This document shows positions 17,584-26,935 of a stretch of DNA of 64,000 nt, piece after piece. A model generated the notes under the pieces. The model saw nothing but the letters and a program-made list of their open reading frames with translations, had not been told where the DNA came from and searched no databases. Position 1 is the first letter of the stretch; the number at the start of each line of letters is the position of its first letter. The position numbers and the translations under genes were made by a program. Location of the stretch: positions 1 through 64,000 of IMG/VR virus record IMGVR_UViG_3300034073_005389, one strand, 5' to 3'.

Positions 17584-19767
17584 TCATAACCTCGAAAGTT
17601 CTCGCCACTCTACTGTAGCTATCGCTCTACGATCATTAACGCTTCCTGTATTATCTACTGTAATTACTAGTTCATCACCACCAGAAGTACTAAAACTTAC
17701 AGTCCATCCTGTTCCATTATCTGTGCTTAATGTATTATTAGTATTATCTAAAGTTAATAATCCAGCCTCTTGATAAGCTAATATATCATATACATATCTG
17801 GCACGTTCAAGAGTACCATTAGTCTCTAGTATTAATATTCTTACACATATATCATATGATTTATTATTCTCTAAAGCAATATTATTTACAGTACCAGGTA
17901 TAGTTAAATCAAAACTTGATCCAGAACCACCAGATCCATTAACAATCACTCTAGAATATTGCGAATCTCCTGCACTACCACCAAATGCATCTACCGCATG
18001 TACAAATTGTCCCGTGTATACAGTTTTACCTAAATCACCAGTAATAAATGAATAGTCTGCTCCGCTATTACTATTTTTAGCAAAAATAGCAGAATATCCA
18101 TCAGTAACAGTATTACTACCGCCAAATATGTAATTATTAACAGCAGAAGTAGATAATGTATTATTATCTCCTAATATATAATTTGCATTACAGCTATTTC
18201 CTATTGTATTGCTTGCGCCAAATATAGTATTACCAAAGCTAGTTCCTATATTGTTAGAATCTCCTTTAACAAAAGAACCATCTGAGTTAGAAGATAATGT
18301 ATTACTGCTTCCAAATATTTGATTGTTGTCAGAACTTATATCGTTACTATCTCCAAAAATAGTAACAGATGGAGAATAACTTTGAACTGTATTGCTACTT
18401 CCAAAAATAGTAGCATATTCAGACGAACCATTGACATTATTGTCTGACCCTTTAATAGTTACATATTGAGAATTAGTAACTGTATTATTGTCTCCATTAA
18501 TTATTGTTGAATAATCAGCATTAACATCTAATGTATTGCTGCTCCCGCAAATAATAGAGCTTAAGATACTATTAATTGTATTATTATTCCCTGTCCCAAT
18601 AATAGATGCTGTCGCATTAATTTGATTGGTCGATCCATTTAACACAACGGAGTTTTGTGAGCTAATATTGTTAGTATCTCCTCCAATCACTACAGAATAA
18701 TCATTAGATACAACATTATCTGTCCCGTTTAATATAGTAGCATAATTTCCAGTAGAAATACTGTTATTATCTCCAGATAGAATAGCGGAGTATGTTGCTC
18801 CACCTAATCCATCTCCAATAGAATTATCTATTCCCCCTAAAATAGAAGAATGATCGGCGCCATTAATTGTATTAGATTCTCCACCGCCAATAAATGAATG
18901 ACCGTCATCAGTATATGTAGGAGAAGCTGGTAAAATTTGATTATCAAACCCACCTGAAATGCTAGAAAATTTAATATTAACTTGACAAGCTCTTCCTCCT
19001 AATATGGCTGAATAACTATCTTGAACAGAAGATAGCGCAGCCATATTAGTAATTCCTATTTTAGTATTATCAACACTAGAAGGATATCCTGGTCTATTTG
19101 CTTTTATATTGGCTTCGCCAGCTACTGTATCAAATACTACTGCACTAGTTCTAGGTTCCCAATTACTACCAGCTGAATCCCAAGTTAATACTTGAGCATC
19201 TGAAGGCGCTGTTGCTGATACTGCATTGCCCTGTAATCCAATTACTGTTTGAGAAGTTAATGTGCCAGATAAATCTCCACCTGCTGAAAAACTTACAGAT
19301 GGCAACCACTGTGACCCATCCCAAGTTAATACTTCATTTGCATTTGGAGCATTATTAGAAACTGGATTATTCTGCAATCCAATTACTGTTTGACTGGAAG
19401 AATCTCCAAATAAGTCGCCGCTACCAACCCAAGGAGCAGTTTCGACTAAACTCCATGCACCACTACGACGAGCATACAGACCCTCATCAACATATCCATC
19501 TCTACGCAAATAAAGAGAGCCATCCACACGATTTTCAGTGGGATAGCCATCCCCAGTGCTAATAGAAACGCCACTGTTACCAATGAAGAAAGGATCTTCT
19601 ACATTGGGAGCAGGGGCATTTGGATTATTGATACGAGCTTCTAAGATATCTAGTCTGGTACGAACAGTGGAATAGACACCATTTGGGTCAACACCAAGTT
19701 CATTTTCTATATCTTGAATATCATTTTTTATTTGTGTAATAACTGCTGGGTCTACAATAATAGGCAT
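17584..19767 (-). CDS. Fibre/adhesin-like virion protein with a long beta-solenoid repeat region
   Basis: Two copies of GDL.G....QTVIGLQ.N.VS..AP....VLTWD, then about 20 degenerate [ST].I.G..N.[IV] repeats resembling trimeric adhesin head repeats. Confidence 0.7.
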   Translation of the reverse strand: MPIIVDPAVITQIKNDIQDIENELGVDPNGVYSTVRTRLDILEARINNPNAPAPNVEDPFFIGNSGVSISTGDGYPTENRVDGSLYLRRDGYVDEGLYARRSGAWSLVETAPWVGSGDLFGDSSSQTVIGLQNNPVSNNAPNANEVLTWDGSQWLPSVSFSAGGDLSGTLTSQTVIGLQGNAVSATAPSDAQVLTWDSAGSNWEPRTSAVVFDTVAGEANIKANRPGYPSSVDNTKIGITNMAALSSVQDSYSAILGGRACQVNIKFSSISGGFDNQILPASPTYTDDGHSFIGGGESNTINGADHSSILGGIDNSIGDGLGGATYSAILSGDNNSISTGNYATILNGTDNVVSNDYSVVIGGDTNNISSQNSVVLNGSTNQINATASIIGTGNNNTINSILSSIICGSSNTLDVNADYSTIINGDNNTVTNSQYVTIKGSDNNVNGSSEYATIFGSSNTVQSYSPSVTIFGDSNDISSDNNQIFGSSNTLSSNSDGSFVKGDSNNIGTSFGNTIFGASNTIGNSCNANYILGDNNTLSTSAVNNYIFGGSNTVTDGYSAIFAKNSNSGADYSFITGDLGKTVYTGQFVHAVDAFGGSAGDSQYSRVIVNGSGGSGSSFDLTIPGTVNNIALENNKSYDICVRILILETNGTLERARYVYDILAYQEAGLLTLDNTNNTLSTDNGTGWTVSFSTSGGDELVITVDNTGSVNDRRAIATVEWRELSRL

Positions 19768-19832
19768 GTAAAATCCTTATATAAGATTTGTATGTCTCTT
19801 ATATGTTAGAATTTTAGTATTTAAAATTAAGT

Positions 19833-20678
19833 TTAAATAATATTCCATTTGTTTGTTAAATAATTTACAACGCCATCCCAGTCAGAATCTGAAATAGCAT
19901 TATCGTAAGCTAAAACTTCGTGTATTTTAACACTATTACACATTTCTTCTGGACCAGGACCTCTAATAGGGTCTATTCTGCCTATTCTGCTTCCTAAGGT
20001 AATTCCTTCTGGATTAAAAGTATAAATCCAATAAGAAATTGGGTTTGCAGTATCAAGAGCTATAGTATTACTACCTACAATTGTATTATTAGCTTTCCAG
20101 GCATCTACAGTACCATTATACCTACATGATATAACTTTTGCATCAGAATTAGTTCCTGATTCTGATGTTTGAAACCCATCTTGCAAATAATTATTTCCAT
20201 AATAGGGCTGATATCCTCTTAAATTTAAGATACCATAAGCAGAGTAGGCTCCTACCATAAAATATCCATAAGAAGTTCCATAATGCAAAATATGAGAATT
20301 AGGACCGTTGTACCAAGGAGGGGACCCAGGCAAAGAAGCTTCTGATGTAACCACAAAAAGTGTTCTACCTCCTGCACCAGTAGCAGGGATGCAATTAGTA
20401 TACATTCTTGAATTAGAAAAAACTACTCCATTTTTTCCACCAGATGTAGAAAAAGTAGGAGTGCCTGAATCAGTGGTAGCATTGTTACCAGCCTCAGACT
20501 TGTCTGCCCATGCTGTTACAGTAGTAGGACCAGAAAGAGTTAAAGTGGGCGTATCGTCTGCATCCAGCCAAAGAACCAGCCCTGGAACATCAACTGGATT
20601 GATTCCTCCACCACCTACTGGGCTACTAGCTCCAAAAGAAAATCTAGCAGAAAATGAGCTTAGCATATGATCATCCAA
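19833..20678 (-). CDS. Concanavalin-A/LamG-like lectin-fold virion protein
   Basis: GLVLWLDADD...VTAWADKSEAGNNAT...IHEVLAYD.A.S......V.NYLTNKW; start could be 20666 or 20678. Confidence 0.7.
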   Translation of the reverse strand: MDDHMLSSFSARFSFGASSPVGGGGINPVDVPGLVLWLDADDTPTLTLSGPTTVTAWADKSEAGNNATTDSGTPTFSTSGGKNGVVFSNSRMYTNCIPATGAGGRTLFVVTSEASLPGSPPWYNGPNSHILHYGTSYGYFMVGAYSAYGILNLRGYQPYYGNNYLQDGFQTSESGTNSDAKVISCRYNGTVDAWKANNTIVGSNTIALDTANPISYWIYTFNPEGITLGSRIGRIDPIRGPGPEEMCNSVKIHEVLAYDNAISDSDWDGVVNYLTNKWNII

Positions 20679-21330
20679 ATGTGGTTAATTGCCCTAAAAC
20701 TACGTAAGTAGGAGATCCTGTAGTTCCTATATTTAAAATGCTAAATGAAACTATATCTATTTGATTTGCATTGCCAGAAGGTGGCGAGGCTCCTTGCCAA
20801 TTAATAGTTTGAGCTACGTCATCTATCTGTAAAGCGATAGGTAAATATGCGGTTACACCTTGATTTAAAAATAAAATTACACTTGTGCCAAAATTACCTG
20901 TTAAATAAAGTCTAAAAATATTTGCAGTAAAATCACTAGCTATAGATTCATGATAAAAAATTTGACCATTTGAGCAATCGTGAATAACAGTACCTGTAGC
21001 TCCTGTTAAATTAACAAATTTTTCTCTCACTCCTAAAATATCAGTTTGTGTAGAAGATAAATTTACAGAAAGTGTTCCGCCAGATAAAACTAAACCAGTA
21101 CTACCAATAGGATCAACACTTACTACAGAACCATCTCCAGCCGTTAAATCTGAAGATGTCCCAGAAAATGTTGCAGCAGGTCCAGTAGCTCCTGTAGGAC
21201 CAGTAGGACCAACACCTGCAGGTCCCATTGGACCAATTGGTCCTGTTGGTCCAGCCACACTAATATCAGTGTCGCTTACTATTTTAGTTCCATCCCACCT
21301 TAAATATCCCGGAGTCAGCGCATTAACCAT
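20671..21330 (-). CDS. Short collagen-repeat fibre protein
   Basis: Gly-X-Y run with one interruption (GVG), SSDLTAGDGS motif, and a C-terminal LNQG...WQGASPPSGNANQIDIVSF domain. Confidence 0.7.
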   Translation of the reverse strand: MVNALTPGYLRWDGTKIVSDTDISVAGPTGPIGPMGPAGVGPTGPTGATGPAATFSGTSSDLTAGDGSVVSVDPIGSTGLVLSGGTLSVNLSSTQTDILGVREKFVNLTGATGTVIHDCSNGQIFYHESIASDFTANIFRLYLTGNFGTSVILFLNQGVTAYLPIALQIDDVAQTINWQGASPPSGNANQIDIVSFSILNIGTTGSPTYVVLGQLTTFG

Positions 21331-21362
21331 ATTGCCTCAATTATATTGGATATATCTATACC

Positions 21363-21914
21363 TTATCTTTGATATCTACTTATCACATTATTTATTAATG
21401 TTACTCTTTCTTGCATGTTAGAAGTATTTATCTGAAAATATGGCAACTCCCACATCTCTATCATTAATTTTATCATCGCATCAATTGCCACCACTCCATC
21501 CCAACTTAATGTCTCTCGCACTCCATCTTCTTTCATCGTCTCTTTACACGGTCGTACAAAGAAAATAAATGAATCACTTTTCTTTAATGACTCTAAATAT
21601 TCTAGAAACTTAGCAGATTTGATTAATTTAGCAAATACCCTACTATGCTGCGCCGCATATGCCAAATTGTCAAAAGTACGATCTGATACAAATTTACTAT
21701 ATTTATTTTCTTCTTCTATCTGTCTTTGAAACACTTCTGTCTGATAAGAGTCCACTACATCTAAATTAGTACGTAATGAATTAATAGCTAACTCTCTCTC
21801 AGATAATACTTGCCTGGCTACTTCTGTTACCATAGGCAAATTATATTTTTCAGAAATATAACGAGACAACGTGCTTTTACCAACAGAATGTGCTCCAGCA
21901 ATATATACTCGCAT
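21363..21914 (-). CDS. P-loop ATPase/kinase of the AAA_28 / NadR-type nucleoside/nucleotide kinase group
   Basis: YIAGAHSVGKSTL Walker A, EVAR, VSDRT.FD..AY, EDGVR. Confidence 0.75.
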   Translation of the reverse strand: MRVYIAGAHSVGKSTLSRYISEKYNLPMVTEVARQVLSERELAINSLRTNLDVVDSYQTEVFQRQIEEENKYSKFVSDRTFDNLAYAAQHSRVFAKLIKSAKFLEYLESLKKSDSFIFFVRPCKETMKEDGVRETLSWDGVVAIDAMIKLMIEMWELPYFQINTSNMQERVTLINNVISRYQR

Positions 21915-21915
21915 A

Positions 21916-22095
21916 TCAACCTACTTTAATATCAGAAATTAATTGCTTGAATTGTGATTCTTCTATTTCTACGGCATTAGTAATTTTTTTCAAAGGATTC
22001 TCATAATCCTTAGCAGAAATAACAATTACTATTTTGCCAGGAGTATCTGATTTTTTGCATTCAATATAGCTTTTATCATTAAATTCTATTTTCAT
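21916..22095 (-). CDS. Small hypothetical protein (59 aa), absent from the supplied track
   Basis: Manual translation MKIEFNDKSYIECKKSDTPGKIVIVISAKDYENPLKKITNAVEIEESQFKQLISDIKVG; ATGA overlap with the map stop; fills the gap exactly. Confidence 0.75.
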   Translation of the reverse strand: MKIEFNDKSYIECKKSDTPGKIVIVISAKDYENPLKKITNAVEIEESQFKQLISDIKVG

Positions 22096-22892
22096 AAATT
22101 ATCTCTTGAAGTTACTATTTCTACATGGTCTTCATGCACAAAAACTGTATGTTCTGCATGGCAGCTTATATCTTGACCAAAAACTGTCCATCCATCAGAT
22201 GAAACATAAGTATATGTATCTCCAATAATACTCATTGGCTCAATTGCTATTACCAATCCAGGCTGAATAGTAATTCCTTCATCAACACTACTTTTGTTAG
22301 CTACAAAAGGAGAAGCATGAGGAGTATGTAAATCAATACCATGACCCCCATATTTATCAATAATTCCAAAACCATTATTTTTAATATGTTTGCTAATGGC
22401 ATTACCAATGCAGCCTAATTTATTGCCTACTTTAATAGCTTGAATTCCTTTCATTAAAGCTTCTTCATTGGTTGTTATTAACTTAATATTTTTTTCAGAT
22501 TTAGGCTCTCCATAAATACAGGTTAAAGCAGAATCTGCAATTACTCCGTCTACTGTAGCCCCTAAATCAAAGCTAACAACATCTCCTTCTTGTAAGAATA
22601 TATTTTTAGGAATTCCATGCACTAATTCTTTGTTGATAGAAATGCAAACTCCTGCCGGAAATCCTTTATACCCCTTGAAAGTAGGAATGGCTCCGGATTT
22701 AACAATATATTCTTCTGCAATACTGTTTAATTCTAAACAAGATAATTTAGTTTTTTCTTTAACTAAATTATGTAACATATTTAGTGTCTGAGCTACTATT
22801 TTACCAGCAACTCTTTGTTTATCTAACCACTCTTTGTTTTTTAATGTAATATAAAAATTATCTTTAAATGGCTGATTGCTAACAATTCTCAT
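22092..22892 (-). CDS. map: Methionine aminopeptidase type I
   Basis: P.FKGYKGFP..CISIN..LVHGIP, GD.VSFDLG......ADSA, GGHGI, AIEPM, HAEHTV. Confidence 0.96.
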   Translation of the reverse strand: MRIVSNQPFKDNFYITLKNKEWLDKQRVAGKIVAQTLNMLHNLVKEKTKLSCLELNSIAEEYIVKSGAIPTFKGYKGFPAGVCISINKELVHGIPKNIFLQEGDVVSFDLGATVDGVIADSALTCIYGEPKSEKNIKLITTNEEALMKGIQAIKVGNKLGCIGNAISKHIKNNGFGIIDKYGGHGIDLHTPHASPFVANKSSVDEGITIQPGLVIAIEPMSIIGDTYTYVSSDGWTVFGQDISCHAEHTVFVHEDHVEIVTSRDNL

Positions 22893-22894
22893 AG

Positions 22895-23140
22895 TTATTT
22901 CTTTAAACCAGATTTAATATTATTAATTTTAGCTGCTTCTTCAATGGCTTTTCGCACATCTTGATAATTAATATAATCTTTGAACTCATCTGATTCTAAT
23001 AATTTTAGAATCTTTTTGTCCATTAAAATAAGCATTCCATTCATTAAATTTACAGTAGACCTTTCAATGTAAGGACTATTACTAACTTGTGCCATATACT
23101 GGCGAATATTGATTAATTCATTAATTTCTTTTAAATCCAT
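22895..23140 (-). CDS. Hypothetical protein
   Basis: 81 aa ORF with AAGG SD, abutting map. Confidence 0.65.
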   Translation of the reverse strand: MDLKEINELINIRQYMAQVSNSPYIERSTVNLMNGMLILMDKKILKLLESDEFKDYINYQDVRKAIEEAAKINNIKSGLKK

Positions 23141-23157
23141 ATCTTACCTTATAAAGC

Positions 23158-23183
23158 AATCAGCCCCAGTAAAGGGGCTGATT
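23158..23183. terminator. Stem-loop, probable terminator
   Basis: aatcagcccc-agtaaa-ggggctgatt perfect 10-bp inverted repeat in the intergenic gap; weak U-tract on the minus strand. Confidence 0.6.
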
Positions 23184-23189
23184 TTAATT

Positions 23190-23447
23190 TTATTGTTTAA
23201 CAGCTCCGCCACGCAAAATCTCACCTTGCTCTGAAATAGCATCTTGCTCTGTTAATCCATATTTCATATACAACTGCAAGATAACATACTTATAAGCTAA
23301 GTCTGCAGTCTCATTTTGAGCAATTGCTTTTTCTGCATTGGCTAGTGCAGTTTTACGATTGGCTTTAGCTAGCTCTAAAGCTAATCGATCTGTTTCTTGT
23401 AATTTTTCTTTTGGTGCTGCCATTTCTGGCATTTTAACTTCAGTCAT
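23190..23447 (-). CDS. Hypothetical coiled-coil protein
   Basis: ATG at 23447 (MTEVK) follows an AAAGGAG SD; Ala/Lys/Glu-rich helical sequence. Confidence 0.7.
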   Translation of the reverse strand: MTEVKMPEMAAPKEKLQETDRLALELAKANRKTALANAEKAIAQNETADLAYKYVILQLYMKYGLTEQDAISEQGEILRGGAVKQ

Positions 23448-23485
23448 ACTCTGCTCCTTTCTTAGCAAAGTACTTATATCAACCT

Positions 23486-24796
23486 CTATAAGATATTAGA
23501 AGCTAAAGTTGCTAACCTGCTTCTTTCACCTTTAGTAAAGGTAATATGCCCTGCTAATTCTGAATCTTTAAACTTTTCTATTGTATAAGAAAGTCCATTG
23601 TTAATGGCATCTAATTTATTATTATCAATCTGTTCGATGTCGCCTGTCAAGATAACTTTAGTTCCTTCACCGGCTCTTGTCAAGAGTGTTTTAATTTCAT
23701 CTTTAGATAAATTTTGAGCCTCATCAATTAAAATAATTGCATTGGGTATGCTTCTGCCACGTACATAAGCAATGGCATCCATTTCAATTTGACCTTTCTT
23801 TTGAAACATTTCTAAGTTTCTTTTCCAATCACCACTTTTGGTAGAAAATAATACTTCAAAACTATCCATAATTGCTTGAAACCATGGAGCTAATTTTTCT
23901 GATATATCTCCAGGCAAATAGCCAATGCCTGACCCCACCTCTTGAATTGGGCGGTAAATGATTAATTTATCATACTCTTTTTTATTTAGAACCAACTCAA
24001 TGGCAGAAGCTAGGGCTATTAAGCTCTTACCGGACCCGGCCTTTCCAATCAAAGTAACTAAATCTATATTTTTATCCATTAATAAATCAATGGCAAAAGT
24101 CTGCTCTTTGTTTCTAGGAGAAATGCTCCAAGGATAATGTTTTTTAATTGGCTTGATTTTATCAAATGACACTTTGCGACCCATGGCAATTCCATCGCCA
24201 TTTTCATTTTTAAATAAAACACATTCATTGGCTTGTAATTTTAAATTATATGCACGAGGATCAATACTATTGCTTTTCTGCAAATCTAATCCTGCAGCCT
24301 CATCAACTACTACTTGAAATCCTGTATATAATTCACTAAAAGAAGATGCTGCCCCTTCATGAGAAATAGCATCCAATCCACGAGCTTTGGCTTTAACTCG
24401 CAAATTAATATCATTGCTGACAAAGATTACATCTTTGGTAGGATGATTTTTTAAATTAGAAACTGCGCAAGCTAGAATTTGAGTATCTCCATAAGTTGGA
24501 TCTCCAAATCCAGCGAAATCTGGTAAATTTAAATCGTAATAAGTTGGGTCTACCTTTACTAAAACATCTTGCTCTTTAAGAAGTACTCCAGTACTAATAT
24601 CAGTTAACTCACTTAACTCATCTAATAATCTAATAGCTAATCTAGCTTTTTTAGCCGCATCACTAAAATCTTTTTTTAACTTATCTAATTCATTTAAAAC
24701 CGTAATTGGGATGACTACATCGCTATGATAAAATTGTTTGTAGGCACTTGGATCTTCCACTAAAACTGAAGTATCTAATATATATGTAGTTCTCAT
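23486..24796 (-). CDS. phoH: PIN-domain PhoH-family ATPase (PhoH2 architecture)
   Basis: N-terminal PIN (ILDTSVL, ELDKLK, D..IL, SNDINLRVKA); GKAGSGKS Walker A, RGRS, IIDEAQN, TGD..QID. Confidence 0.93.
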   Translation of the reverse strand: MRTTYILDTSVLVEDPSAYKQFYHSDVVIPITVLNELDKLKKDFSDAAKKARLAIRLLDELSELTDISTGVLLKEQDVLVKVDPTYYDLNLPDFAGFGDPTYGDTQILACAVSNLKNHPTKDVIFVSNDINLRVKAKARGLDAISHEGAASSFSELYTGFQVVVDEAAGLDLQKSNSIDPRAYNLKLQANECVLFKNENGDGIAMGRKVSFDKIKPIKKHYPWSISPRNKEQTFAIDLLMDKNIDLVTLIGKAGSGKSLIALASAIELVLNKKEYDKLIIYRPIQEVGSGIGYLPGDISEKLAPWFQAIMDSFEVLFSTKSGDWKRNLEMFQKKGQIEMDAIAYVRGRSIPNAIILIDEAQNLSKDEIKTLLTRAGEGTKVILTGDIEQIDNNKLDAINNGLSYTIEKFKDSELAGHITFTKGERSRLATLASNIL

Positions 24797-25164
24797 TCGC
24801 TCTCTTGTTGTTCAAAGATTGACCAATAATTTATTGCCATTTCAAGGTATAATTGTTTTTTTGGATCGATTTGGCGAAGATCCCTTTTTATTTTATAAGT
24901 ACATTTATGCCACTCTCCTACAAGTTCATTTTCTACGTACACTTGCATATGACCATCTAAATCATCAATTGCTTGAATATTATAAGTAGCTAAAATATTT
25001 CTTAATTTTATTTTTTGAGGGATAGATAGATTTCCTTCGCCATTCCAAAATTCATTTACTGGTACACCCATTTGTTCTAGCAAAGAATAGAGAAATCTAT
25101 TTTTTTCCTCTTCCTCCACTTGTCTGGTATTCTCATCATAATTTAATAATAACGTGCCTTTCAT
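24793..25164 (-). CDS. Hypothetical protein
   Basis: 123 aa ORF; ATGA overlap with phoH. Confidence 0.65.
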   Translation of the reverse strand: MKGTLLLNYDENTRQVEEEEKNRFLYSLLEQMGVPVNEFWNGEGNLSIPQKIKLRNILATYNIQAIDDLDGHMQVYVENELVGEWHKCTYKIKRDLRQIDPKKQLYLEMAINYWSIFEQQESE

Positions 25165-25203
25165 TTAATTAACATGCCTGCTAAATCATATATCCATAAA
25201 ATT

Positions 25204-25232
25204 AAAAAGGCGGGAAAACCTCCCGCCTTTTT
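25204..25232. terminator. Bidirectional intrinsic terminator after nrdA
   Basis: aaaaaggcggga-aaacc-tcccgccttttt. Confidence 0.85.
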
Positions 25233-26935
25233 CATCCTTCACATGCCTTACACTCCTCTTTCTGCCTATTTACTGAGTCTCCTTTCAATGCCGCTTCAGA
25301 CCTACAATAATACAGCCCCTTTAATCCTTCTTCCCAAGCTAACATATGCACACTATGTATATACTTAGGATCCGAATTCTTAGCAAAGAACAAATTCACA
25401 CTCTGCCCCTGATCAATATACTTCTGCCTCTGCCCCGCTTGTTTAACGATTGCATGTTGATTAATTTCTCTAGCTGTTAAGAATACTTCTTTCTCTTCAT
25501 CAGATAATCCTTTCAACTCTGATACGCTTCCGCTGTTTTCATTAATCTGCTTCCATGTATCAATATTATCCAACCCCTTCTCTTCTAACAACTGCTTCAA
25601 AATAGGATTGGTTCTCATAAATGTACCTTTGGCTGTTTTCAATGCCACCACGTTAGCAGAAATAGGCTCAATTCCCGCAGATACACTTCCAGAAATAATA
25701 GAGTTAGATACTGTAGGAGCTACTGCCATCTGATGAGTATTCCTTATTCCAAAACCCTTACACCACTCTGGCTCTCCATATTCTTTAGCTAATTCCTTAG
25801 TGGCAATCTGAGTCTCTTTCTGCATATGCCTAAAAATCTCACCATTCAATCTCATAGACTCAAAGCTGTCAAATGGTAATTTCTTTTTTTGTAGTAGAGA
25901 ATGCCACCCTAATACTCCAAGACCTACTGCTCTAGATTTTTCTGCAAATCGCACTGCAGATTCTAAGCCACTGATATGTTGAGCCTTGTCAATGTATTCT
26001 TGAATGACTGCATCCAAGAACCAAATAGACAATTGTACTGCTTTAGTATCTTTCCATTCTTCATACTTAAATAAATTCATGCTAGATAAACAGCAGACAA
26101 AAGTATGCTCCTTGTCAGTGTAGAGATAAATTTCGTTACAGATATTACTTGTTTTGATAGATAAATTATTAGCTACATAACAATTAGGGCGCTGCCTATT
26201 TACATTATCCGTAAAGAATAAATATGGTTCTCCTGTTTCAAATCTGGCTTTTAAGATTTCTTTCCATAAATATCGTTCATGTGAACCGCCATTTTGCACG
26301 GCATTCATGAATTGATCGTCAATGCATACAGCATGATGTAAGTTTAAGCAACGGCGGTTGACATCTCCAACTGGTCGGCGTATGTTAATAAATTCTTCAA
26401 TATCAGAATGATTTGCTGGCAAATAAACGGCTGAAGCGCCCCTACGGATTGCCCCTTGCGAAACTGCCACGGTTGTAGAATCATAGCATTTGAGCCAGGG
26501 GATCACTCCTTCAGATTTTCCATTTCCAGAAATATTTGATCCTCTACCGCGCACATCTCCAACATAAATACCTACTCCAGCGCCATTTTTTGATAAAACT
26601 GCTAACTCAGTTTGCTTATCAAAAATACTACGAATACTATCGCCTACATGAATACTATTACAGCTAATAGGAAGCCCACGGCTGGTTCCCATATTGCTTA
26701 GGACCGGAGTAGCTCCGCACAACCAATTGTTCCAAAATAGTTCAAAGAACTTATCTTCTAGCTCTGGTTTATTCAATCTTTTAGCAGCAGCAACGCACAC
26801 TCTACGCCACATATCTTTTGGCGTTTCTCCAGATAATAAATAACCATTTTGAAGAGTAGTTAATCCTTCATCTGTCAACCATTCAGGAGCTTCTTTATTT
26901 TGTTTTAATGTTTGTAAATCCATATCACGCCTCAA
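25232..26935 (-). CDS. nrdA: Class I ribonucleotide reductase alpha subunit (no ATP cone)
   Basis: ATPVLSN.G..RGLPISC, SQG..RRG, TSNICNEI (thiyl Cys), CCLSS, APT.S.S, GLYY, C-terminal CKACEG. Confidence 0.96.
   Translation of the reverse strand: MRRDMDLQTLKQNKEAPEWLTDEGLTTLQNGYLLSGETPKDMWRRVCVAAAKRLNKPELEDKFFELFWNNWLCGATPVLSNMGTSRGLPISCNSIHVGDSIRSIFDKQTELAVLSKNGAGVGIYVGDVRGRGSNISGNGKSEGVIPWLKCYDSTTVAVSQGAIRRGASAVYLPANHSDIEEFINIRRPVGDVNRRCLNLHHAVCIDDQFMNAVQNGGSHERYLWKEILKARFETGEPYLFFTDNVNRQRPNCYVANNLSIKTSNICNEIYLYTDKEHTFVCCLSSMNLFKYEEWKDTKAVQLSIWFLDAVIQEYIDKAQHISGLESAVRFAEKSRAVGLGVLGWHSLLQKKKLPFDSFESMRLNGEIFRHMQKETQIATKELAKEYGEPEWCKGFGIRNTHQMAVAPTVSNSIISGSVSAGIEPISANVVALKTAKGTFMRTNPILKQLLEEKGLDNIDTWKQINENSGSVSELKGLSDEEKEVFLTAREINQHAIVKQAGQRQKYIDQGQSVNLFFAKNSDPKYIHSVHMLAWEEGLKGLYYCRSEAALKGDSVNRQKEECKACEG

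Noticed and set aside
17383-17589. Plus-strand ORF with GPV repeats resembling collagen
   Set aside because: It is the reverse complement of the real (GPT)n collagen repeat on the minus strand.
18060-19020. Periodic attatt/gtatt pattern as a CRISPR array or DGR variable repeat
   Set aside because: It is degenerate protein-coding repetition (xIxGxxN units) with no identical repeat-spacer structure and no reverse transcriptase.
10019-21914. FAD oxidoreductase plus P-loop kinase as a thymidine hypermodification pathway
   Set aside because: The genes are 10 kb apart, and no amino acid:DNA transferase, hmdU synthase or other partner is visible.
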